From the human T2T-CHM13v2.0 reference genome, Homo sapiens, in assembly GCF_009914755.1 (NCBI RefSeq), contig NC_060927.1: a stretch of DNA of 64,000 nt. One strand, given 5' to 3'. Below the pieces are notes generated by a model that searched no databases, was not told the DNA's origin, and saw only the letters and a program-made list of their open reading frames with translations. This document shows, in pieces, positions 16,001-28,151 of this stretch; positions within the stretch are counted from its first letter, which is position 1; the number at the start of each line of letters is the position of its first letter. The translations under genes were made by a program, and so were the position numbers.

Positions 16001-16955
16001 TTCATTTGTGTCTCCCATATCATACTACTTCATTTTCCATGCAAATGCACTGTACTCTCCTTTGCCTCCCAGAAATGTCCTTCTTTTCATTCTCCTGTGG
16101 AATCCCTTCTTATTGCTAAAGACAAAGCTTGGTTGTCTTCCTCTCTATGAAGACTGTCATAACTTTACAAAACTGAGCTATTTGTACCTTCTCTATTATT
16201 CCACGAACACTTCTTACAGGGTCTTCTAATTCTCTGGTTGCGAGTAACAAAATCTGATCAGAGAATGGGGACTCTATTGGTTCACAAAGACAATCCTTGA
16301 GAAGTACGGAGTGGCCTCAGCAATGACTGCATCCATGGACTTGTACATTGTCATGACTTTCCATCTTCTCTATTTCTCTCTACATGTGGGTGTCATTTTC
16401 TTCTACTATAAATGAGGCCAGGAGCAGGAAAACTGGTGGTTGCAGGCTTGCATTTCTAAAGGCATGTAACCTAAGATAAAAGCAATCTTTTCTTTACCAA
16501 CTTCAGTCCAGAGATGACTGGACAAGCTTAGGTCATGTGCCACCCTGTGAGACCAATGACAGTGGCCAAAAGGGTAAGGTACTGTGATCAGCTCAGGTTG
16601 TGCACCATCTTGTCATGGCATTTTCCATTAGAAGGCAGTAAAGACATAGCTTGTAAGGAAATCATTGACAGGAGTGGAACCCCAACAAAAAAACACTTCC
16701 CATGTTACTAGGTAATGATTTGTGAATACATCTAGGACACAAACTGAAACCTGCTCATCTGACTCATCACAGAGCCTGATGAGTACGTAAGAGGTACATA
16801 AGTCTTTGTTAAATTAATTTGATGAGCCATAACAAAATCAATAAAGTCTGATCAAGAGACCAGGTGTATAGCTTCTAAATAGAAATAAATAGTGCAATAA
16901 AATTTATTGGCAGCTCCTCCCTGTTGATGGCAAAATGCTTTCTAGAAAAATTATA

Positions 16956-17241
16956 GGCCAGGTGTGGTGGCTCATATCTGTAATCCTAGCACTTTGGGAG
17001 GTGGAGGTGGGCAGATCGCTTGAGCCCAGGAGTTTGAGACCAGCCTGGGCAAAATGACGAAACCCCATCTCTACAAAAATACAAAAAATTAGCCAGGTAT
17101 CATGCTCACCTGTAGTCCCAAATACTCAGGAGGCTGAGGTGGGAGGATCACCTGAGCCTGGGAGGTCAAGGCTGCAGTGAGCTGAGGTCATGCCACTTCC
17201 CTCCAGCCTGAGCAATACAATGAGACCCTGTCTCGAAAAAA
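16956..17241 (+). mobile_element. AluJ-like
   Basis: ggccaggtgtggtggctca...gcttgagcccaggagtttgagaccagcctgggc; diverged, with a short tail. Confidence 0.88.
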
Positions 17242-18652
17242 TATTACAAAATTATGTACCCCTCTGTCAAAGAAAAATAAGAAGCATGCACACCTCGATG
17301 AATCAAAGTTGGGAGAGAGGGGTGGTCCAAGTACATCAAGTGTTCATATTAAGAAACTAAGCATATTGTACATTATGGTAAAATTTCAGAAGGCAAGTTT
17401 TCGGCTCTAGCATTTTACCTAGAGATCTCAACCTCATTAGTGACTTTGTTTTTGTTTTGAGTCAAAGACTTTGAAGTTTAAGTAAAATAGTCAACGATCT
17501 TGGTTGTTAAATTATTCTAGACAGTGTTCAGAACTGAAATGTGACTGATTCTGTCCATGGCTCCAGTTTCAGCCTGAGTTCAATCCAAGATTAACTAACA
17601 ACTAATTAGGGATCTGGGGCAAGTCTCACAGACTATTCTTACCCCAATATCAATACCTATGAAATAGGGACATATAAAATCATCATAGCATTGGGAGAGG
17701 GCAAAGAAATAGGCTTTAGGAAAATTTAGAGTTTTGTAACATACATAAAACTAATAGCCAACTAATCTGTAGAGCAAAGCTCATTCAATTGTCCCTTTGA
17801 CAAATATTTAATGAGTATACCCAGACTTTGTGCTGGGTGCTGAGGACACAGGGATGAATGGGACAGTCTCAACCCTCAAGGAGTAGCTCCGGGACTTGTA
17901 ATAGGGACAGACATATGAAGGGGTGAATTATGAAATAATATGGAAGCCACAAGCCCTGTGGAGTCCCACAGGACTGCTGGCAGAGTCACACTGCATTGGG
18001 GAGGAGGTGTCATGATCAATCTGAAAAACGGGAAGAGATTTATTTTGACTCCACGGAACTCTGGTTTCTCTGCCTCCTCCCTGACCACCATATTGGTTGA
18101 GCCCCTCCTCCTTGCCAGCCATAAGTGTCAGAACTGGAGATGCTGACATGAACAACAAGCCATCCCTGGCTTCTACCTGCTAGGTTTAGAAAAACCAACA
18201 TGTAATCAAATCATTGCAGTGCAGTGGGGTGATAGAATAGGGTTGGATGAGGAGATTTCACCTTTTGATTCATAGATTACTGTCCAGTCAGCAAGCAGGG
18301 TTTATTACTGCCACAACCACACCCACCTCCAACCTTCCTACAAAACACACTTGTTTGCTTCCATATTTAATTAACATTTTAATTAAGCCTCATCTCCTAT
18401 CTCTGCTAACATTTTCTCATTTGTAAAGCAGTTAAAGCTGTTTATTTCCAACACACTTTTGTTTCCTTTGGTATGAGGAAAGCAGTATAAAAACTATGCA
18501 TCTACTTTTTAAAAACCCTAATCTGCTTGTATTTCCATAGGTTAAAGCAACAATGAGATTTATGGTGTTGAACATGGATTGGGACTCAATAAATAATTGC
18601 TTTTTTCTTTTTAATTTTTTTTTTACTTTTGGAAGTCTGTCTCTGAAAATGG

Positions 18653-18681
18653 TGTGTATGTGTGTGTCACACACATACACA
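18653..18681. repeat. Perfect 14-bp inverted repeat with 1-nt spacer (TG/CA rich)
   Basis: tgtgtatgtgtgtg-t-cacacacatacaca. Confidence 0.9.
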
Positions 18682-20483
18682 TATACACACACACATAAAT
18701 AGAACTTGTAACCCAATCCTAAGAAAGAGAATGCACTGCATACAAGATTTCAAAAACGGAAAAGTTACAAAAGATTGATTGATAAACCAACCACTCTTTA
18801 CATGCATGGTATATACTGAAACTCAGAAATTCTAATACTAATAAGAAGCAATTGTTCAAAAAGCAGTTGGCTATTAGTTTTCAATCTTTGTTAGTCGGTT
18901 TGAATAACATTCAGAGATATTGGTCCTCTGAAAGATGTTATGAAACTTTAGTGAGGATTGGTGATGTTTTTCCCACTGAGGACACCAAAAGTAAGTTCAG
19001 GGACTCTCTGACATAGACAGCACTCTGGCCCAGGAAGTCTGCCCCGGCCCCAAGGCAGTGTCCATTGTTCACAATGCCCACCTCATCACCACTGGCACCA
19101 AATGTCATCTCTGGAGAGATGCTCCAGGCCACTCTTCTTTTTGAAGAAGCTGAGGCTTCTCAGAGCTAAGGCTGGGAAAACTTTAGCCATCTCCTCAAGC
19201 AGGCTACCAGGTTAGGAGCCAGCCCATAAGCCTTTGAGATTTAGGAGACAAAACTGGGGCGGCTTGCCCTTCTCCTTTTCTCATCGGCAAAATAACTCAA
19301 AAAAATCACAATAAAACATAATGTGGTTACCCTTTTCTTTGGAAATATTGTCTTAGAATAATGAAAAAATGCTCAAAAAACAAAAGCCAGCAGCCTATTG
19401 AAATCATGTGGGTGCAGTGTCCATGGCCCACTGCCTGTTGCAGAGCATTCTGCGGTCTCTGGGAAGATAAAGATCTGCGATGGCTATTATGTATTATGTC
19501 ACAATTACACGCAAGAGAGAAAGTCCACATTACCACACAGTGTGATGATTTTTAATTGTTTTCCCTAAAACAGACTAACACTCTTACAAATACTCTTTTC
19601 CCCTGGGTGTTGCTGCTTAAGTGCTCGCTTTATGTAGAAGAGTCTATTGTTCCCTTTCTCATAGTAAGAGCAGAGCCTTCTGGAAACTAAGGCATTGAGA
19701 AGTTCTAAAAGATTTTTATCTTTATATTTAGGAAATTAGGTTCATTTTGTAGTCTATAGATCAGGGTCAGTTTCTTCTCATTGGCTTTAAAGAATAGTTT
19801 CCTGTTTTGAGTTTCTTTACTTTTTTAAGTTTCAATAGTTATACAATAGGTAATAACATTTGCAAAGTCTTTATCTACTTTAAAATTTTAAAAACCAACT
19901 CAGTACCTATCAGTTATGCCATGTCTGCTTCTAGGAAGAAGCTGCAGAAGCTAACAACAAAGCCCCATTATAAAAAGAATAAGAGATTAGCAGTGAATTG
20001 AAAGCACGGGGGAGAAAAATAGTTAAACAAAAATGTAAAATAGTGGTTTTCTTTGAGCAGAAAGCTTGGCACCCAGCTTTCTTAATAAAAAGGAGACATA
20101 ATAGATCTTGGTAAGTTGTAAATGTACTTTTTTTTTTGCTACATTCTAAAATTGGGCTATCCCAATAAAAAACATTACTTCTTCTATTGGACAGGCTAGG
20201 ATATAAGTGCTTGTATGTCACGGTCAGGGTTATAACAACTTCTGTGCAGGCTGATCAATTTGAATGGTGAATATTAGTCAAAATCAATCTGTTTTGAACC
20301 AATAAACAAGGAGCAAGATCGTGAGGAACATTTCTTTGCATGAAATCATCCCTGTCAGTGTGAAACATAAGGGTCAAAAAATTCAGAAAATCATTATGAG
20401 GTTCACATATTTTATTGAATTACCATTCTTTGACATCAGATCTTTACCAGACATTAACATTTCAATGTTATGCTTTTCCCCAG

Positions 20484-20604
20484 TGCTACCAGTGGTTGAA
20501 AGAAAGAATTGTAAGTGAAGAAGGGAGAAAACAGCAAAACAAGCTAAAAGACCTTTCCCCAATTGCGGAGCGTCTGGGATGCACACTACCTCAGCTAGCT
20601 GTTG
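20484..20604 (+). CDS. KCNAB1: KCNAB1 coding exon (121 nt): [40 protein letters not shown]
   Basis: ccccag|TGCTAC...GTTG|gtaaga; frame consistent. Confidence 0.96.
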
Positions 20605-21122
20605 GTAAGAAAATTACTAAGCTATGGGGTGGTAGAGGGACTTCTGCTGAGATCATAGTTTTCTATTGCTGACCACACCCTTACCATGATAAAATGTCTA
20701 TTGCAGGGACAGATGATCTCTGAAGCATAAACTCCTGCTAAATATAAAGTGAGTTATTTGAGGTTCCCCAGAATTTTCTACATGATAGCAAATTTTTCTT
20801 ACTTCTTTCTCCTTGCCCTTATAACATAGTTTAAATGAGAACATGTCAGTGATAACATACACTATCACAGATGTCAGGGGTGAACTGTGTAGTGACATCC
20901 ATTTCTTCTGGCTCAAATTTCTGTCTGTTGAAAACTAAACCAGGGTTGGTGAGAAGATGAGATACAGGGCTGTGACAGGCCCAAGGCTACTGCCACATGA
21001 AAAGCTGATCCTAGAGAAATAGCTTCACCCTGAAAGTTCTTGAAGGCCATAAACGTTGTTCTTCTAATGCTGTGGAGTCCATGAAAGGTCATGATTGCTG
21101 GTAACAATTGAAAACCACACGC

Positions 21123-21430
21123 GGCTGGGCACGGTGGCTCATGCCTGTAATCCCAGCACTTTGGGAGGCCAAGGTGGGCGGATCATGAGGTCAGGAGATC
21201 GAGACCATCCTGGCTAACACAGTGAAACCCCGTCTCTACTAAAAACACCAAAAATTAGCCGGGCGTGGTGGTGGGTGCCTGTAGTCCCAGCTACTTGGGA
21301 GGCTGAGGCAGGAGAATGGCGTGAACCCGAGTGGCGGAGCTTGCAGTAAGCCCAGATTGCGTCACTGCACTCCAGCCTGCGTGACAGAGCAAGACTCCAT
21401 CTCAAAAAAAAAAAAAAAAAAGAAAAAGAA
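21123..21430 (+). mobile_element. AluY
   Basis: ggagatcgagaccatcctggctaacac...ggagaatggcgtgaacccg; long poly-A; TSD gaaaaccaca. Confidence 0.93.
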
Positions 21431-21480
21431 AACCACAAACCACATCCACTGTTTGAGAGAAAGATAATATGAACCACATT

Positions 21481-22979
<1,499 letters not shown>

Positions 22980-22984
22980 TATCT

Positions 22985-23255
22985 TATTTTAAATTTTCTA
23001 GTGACCACATTAAAACATTAAAGTGAAACATGTGAAATTAATTTTAATAATGGATTTTCTTTAACCCAATATAGCCAAAATATTATCATTCCAACATGTA
23101 ATAAATATTAAAAATTGAGATATTTTACTTTGTTTTCTACAAATCTTCAAAATCCAGCATATATTTTACACCTAGAGCAAGCACATTCCAATTCAGGCTA
23201 GACACACGTTGCATGCTCAATAGCCACGTGCTGCCAAAGGCTACACACTGGGCAG
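22985..23255. mobile_element. MER33-like (hAT-Charlie) fragment
   Basis: aaattttctagtgaccacattaaaa...gtgaaattaattttaataa...gctcaatagccacgtg. Confidence 0.6.
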
Positions 23256-25716
23256 AAAAGCCCTGAGACTTCTGGTTCCCTTACTAGGGGATATTTGTCA
23301 GGTTCTATGGTAAGCACCTCAGGCTCACTCTCACTGTCTTGTCTCCTTCATCACCATAACAATCCGCGGAGGTCTATACTATTACTAGTCATATCTTACC
23401 GATGCTAGTGGAGGATTTTCTATTACTATCTCCACTTATAAATGAAGAAATGAGATAAAAGAATTCATGTGGTAGCTATGAGAAAGGAATAAAATGGGTG
23501 CTGATTCTAGACAAAAAAAAAAAAATCCTAAAGATTAAGAAATAGCAGGAATTGGGACATATCAGAAACACTAACCCAATGAGATAAAAAGCTCAAGATA
23601 AGGTCTATGCAAATAAAATAATTTAATAGAATATTTGTTGGTAGCTTGACTCTTCAGAGGTTGGAAGGCAGAGAAATGTTAGTTGCAATTAGCAGTCATA
23701 GAAAGATAGAAATGGGAGGTGATTTTAGAGGGGGGAAAATGCCATGTACTGTAGTATATGTATGACTGGTGCTTTAATCCTTTCTTCAAAAAATAAAATA
23801 AAATCAAACAATGTATTTAATGTTATTACTTAGCAACTCTACAGCTTTAACAAGCACAGTAAAACATATTAGCTATTTGACCACAGGCAAGTTACTTAAC
23901 CTGGTAACAATTTTCTCATCTGTAAAATGGGTATAATAATACATATCTTACAAACTAGTTGAGTAAAGGGAAATTATATATATAAAGCAAAAAGTAGGTG
24001 CTCAGTGAGTGCTAATAAAGATGATAATGTTCTTGCAGAGAGTAGACATGCAAAACTTGAAATTCTGTCTGCTCTTAGCCATGGCAAGCAATCAGAGTAA
24101 TATGCAGAGAAACATATTCTGCACAATCATATATGGTTTTTAGATAGTAACATGAAGTATTAAACTTAGCCCTGAAAGACAGGAAAGAACACTCTCTTTC
24201 TACAGAGGAAATCTTTACAAGATTTAGACTCTTACTAGATATTAGATATACATGAAATGCCTTCTTTACAGGATCTGAGTTTAAATTAAAACATGCTTTT
24301 TTTCCCCTTTTCCTCCTGTCCTCTCAGATGTCTTTCTCACCTGTCACTTCTTTCTTTGTAAATAAATAATTTTGTTTATAGCCACAAAACTCTCAGAATC
24401 AAAAGGGAAATTATTTCCAGGCACGTTATCTTTGATCTGCTAGGAGAGTGTGGGAGAGGGATCCTCCGGCAGAAAGCAAACTACTTGAACCCAACTGTGT
24501 GCCTGCTCCCCAAGTCACACAGGTATACTGGAGCCAGCATTCATACTTTGTTCTTAGTGAACAGGCACTCTGGACATACTTGTTAGTGACACTTGGTTAG
24601 AGGTGCTAATTATCCAGAATCAGCTGCAGTTGCTACCATGGAGGTAACCAGCTCTGCCCAGTGGGTTCTCCTGTGCCCTACAGGCCCATTAGGGGAATCA
24701 GCTGTTGGTGACCTCGAGTAGTCAGGTAGTTTATGGGCAATAATTTACCTAGAACCTGCTTTGTCCTCAGAACTACCTTTAAGGCCAAAAATAGTTCTCA
24801 GTGCAAAGCAGCAAATAATGCAGTCAAAAAAAAAAAAAAAAAGAGAGAGAAAGATTGGATTGGTACTTTTATACAGCACTATTTTGTATTTTGCCCATGT
24901 GGAAATTCAGTGATTACCATAAAAGGCCTGGACACGGTAACAGCTTAAGAGTATCAGTTGACAATATGGCTGTCCAAATGGGGGCAGAAGATGTGCTTGG
25001 GGACATCCATCAATCATCCATGCCTATGTTTATTCAACAAACATTTAATAAGTTCCTACTTTGTGCAAGACACTGGGCTGGTGGCTGAGCATCCAACTGC
25101 AAATAAGGCATACCTCACAGCCTGGTGGGCAAGTCAAGAAAATAAACAGATAATTTTAATACAGGTCATCATATTAAGAAGGGAACAGGGGATAAGGGAA
25201 TTAGAGTAGGAGCTTGGAATTCAGGGAAGTACTTTAGGAGCAGGCAATACCTTTGGGGAATCTCAAATGACAGGCAAATATTAGTGAGGCAAAAAGAAAG
25301 GGGAAGGCAAAAGGACATTCCAGGCAAAAGGAACAGCTTGAGCAATGTGCCCCAGAATGAAGGGAGAGGAAGAGGAGAAAAGCAGCAAGATGCTTGGAGA
25401 TGGAGAGGATTTAAAGACAGGTGAGTGCTCCTGAAGCACAAAGTTCAAGGTAGGGAGCCATGAAGCTGCAGAGGTAGGCTAGAAAATAAGGTTTGCCAAG
25501 GTAAGAATTAAGAACCTCATCTTACAGGACAATGAGTTATGTCAGGCACTAGCTAGGGAAGTGATATGATCAGATTTGTGTTTAGAGAGACTGCTGCTGG
25601 CTGGATGAGAGCTGTATGGGGGAAATATAAGGGGACAATTCAAGCAAGAGGTAGGAAAACCAGTTATCCAGGAGAGAGATGGTGAGGGCCTGAGTGAGGG
25701 CAGCAGTGACTGAGGA

Positions 25717-25752
25717 GGAGAAGACAGCTGAACCGGAGAAGACAGCTGAACC
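25717..25752. repeat. Perfect 18-bp tandem duplication
   Basis: ggagaagacagctgaacc x2. Confidence 0.9.
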
Positions 25753-25777
25753 AAAGCAGTCATTGTCAAACTGAGCC

Positions 25778-26150
25778 CTGTATCCACACAATGGAATACT
25801 CTTTAGCAACAAAAAGAAATGGTATACGGGTACATAGTGCAACACGGAAAAACCTAGAAAACATATGCTAAGTGAAAACCAGACACAAACGACCACCTAT
25901 TGTATGATTCCATTTAGATGAAATGTCCAGAAAAGACAAATCTGGAGACAAAAAGTAGATCAGTGGCTGCCTGGTACTTGAGGTAGGGATCTTATTAGGG
26001 TGATGGAAATGTTATAAAACTGCATTAAAAATGGTGAAGGTTGTACCTTAAAAATGATGGTTGGTAAATTTATAAAAATTATTTAATGTACACCTAAAAT
26101 GGGTAAAATTTTTGATGGATAAATTTTAACTCAATAAAGTTGGTTAAAAA
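25778..26150 (+). mobile_element. Old L1 (L1MB/ME-like) 3' UTR fragment
   Basis: tatccacacaatggaatact...tgctaagtgaaa...tattgtatgattccattt...ctcaataaag. Confidence 0.7.
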
Positions 26151-26159
26151 AAAAAAAAG

Positions 26160-26327
26160 AGCATGGTCCCAGATAGCAGCATCAGCATAAGCATTACCTA
26201 GGAGTGTGTTAAAAATGCACAGACTGCACCCCAGACCTGAATCAGAAACTCAGCGGGTGAGCCATAACAATGGGTGTTTCACAGGCCCTCTGGATGATTC
26301 TGATGCATACCAAAGTTTGAAAACCAC
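26160..26327. mobile_element. MER5A-like MITE
   Basis: gcagcatcagcat...ccccagacctgaatcagaaactc...gatgattctgatgca...aaagtttgaaaaccac. Confidence 0.65.
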
Positions 26328-28062
26328 TTGATTAGAGGAATATTTAGGAGGAATAATCAACTGGACTTAGCAGTTAAAAGGGAAAAGGGGGTCAGAACAG
26401 GACAGTTCTTAAAGAGTACTCCCAGGTTTCCAGATTGGGGAGCCACATTGCTGGTGATGCCCCCAAATGTGATTGGGAATGCAAGAAGGCCAGGCATTAT
26501 AGCAAGAAGTTTGCGGTGCTGGTGGGGCATCTAGCAGGAAGGCCCAGCAGACACTGCATCTATGAGTCCAGCAACACTGAGTTCCAGGCAGCTAAGGACT
26601 CAGAAGTCCACTGTAATCACCAGCAGGCTCCTGGGGACCTTAGCTTCTGGACACAGCAAGAAGGTGACTGGGATGTGAAGAAGATCAGTAAGGGAATCTG
26701 GACTGACCTTTTAGAAGTTTAAGAGGGGAAGAAGGTTGGGGCAGTATCTAAGCAGGTAAAAAGGGTCAGAGGAAGCCTATTCTAGAATGGGAGAAATTTT
26801 AGCATGTTTTGTTGACAGAAAGACACAGTAAGAAATTTTGAAATGGGGTGATGGGGGCGGTGGGATCATGTATGAATCAAGTCCAAGAAAAGGCAAAAAG
26901 GAGATATCTCCAAGGCAGAGTTTGGTCTTGGACAGAAACCGCACACATCCTCTTCTGAAACTGGAGGATATGGATGTGGATGCTTATGCAGCAGGAGAGT
27001 GGGGAATTAAGGAATATTCCAATGGAGGGACTTGATTTTCTATAGACATTAGGACAAGGTCATCTACTAAGAGTGAGGGGGCAGGGGTTGATGGGATGGT
27101 TTAAGAGTACAGGTTTAAGGTCATTTTCGGGAAAAGAAAGATGACCAAGGGCAAGAGTGAGGCTGGCCAGGCTGGCTAAAGCCAGCTGGGAGGGAAGACG
27201 TGAACGCATAGGGGCACCAGACCATGAACTGTGAGATTCTCTCTAGCACGCTCAGCTACCCTGAAGTAGAAGCCAAAAACGCAGATGCAGCACTGATGGG
27301 GATTTGCTAAGGAAGCAGAAGAAGTGAGGGGTGTGAGGGTTCATAAGAGAGTAATTTAGATCATCAACACAGGATGAATCTTGGGTTAGGAAGAAAGGGA
27401 GGTCCAGAGAGGGCTGCCAGGTAGGTGGGAACCAAGGAACCAGAAACCTAGAGTCTACAAGAGTTCCAAGCAACAGATGTGGAAAATGAGACCATGAATA
27501 CAGTGGAAAGACAGGAGGTTGTGGGCCAAGGTAGAAACAGGAATCCAGCCATCTGCTGGTGAGCAGTGTTAGGTGTTTCCAGGAACAATGTGTTTCTAGG
27601 GTGGGTAGCTTGAATGCCCTGGTTGAGGTGACAGGGCCTTATGTGGAAAGCAAAAAGGCCTTAAGCCCCGAGCCAACCCAAATGCATTGAGTGTTAATTA
27701 AGAGACATATAGTAGGCTAGCAATTGGAAAACCAGCGGAGAAGCAAGAAAGACAGCAGTGCATCTGTGTTTTCTGCTTCTACTTGAGGGCAGCTGAGCGT
27801 GCTGGAGAGAATCTTACAATCCATTGTCCAGCGCCTCTATGCATTTGCATTTCCCCTCCCAGCTGGGCTTTGACAGATTCTGTCAAATCTTCTACACAAC
27901 AGGGGGTGCTGCTCAGGTTTTTAATCCTAGGAAGCACTGTACATCCTCCACAAAAAGAAGTTAATAAATTTTGGCTGCAACAAACAGCTGTAGCAGGTGT
28001 TTATAAGCTAATCAACGATTGGAAGTGCTTTGATAAACTGACCCAGTGTCCTCTCCTCCCAG

Positions 28063-28151
28063 CGTGGTGCCTGAGAAATGAAGGTGTGAGTTCTGTGCTC
28101 CTGGGATCATCCACTCCTGAACAACTCATTGAAAACCTTGGTGCCATTCAG
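28063..28151 (+). CDS. KCNAB1: KCNAB1 penultimate coding exon (89 nt): [30 protein letters not shown]
   Basis: tcccag|CGTGGTGC...ATTCAG|gcaagt. Frame and Kv-beta homology require the GC donor. Confidence 0.95.
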
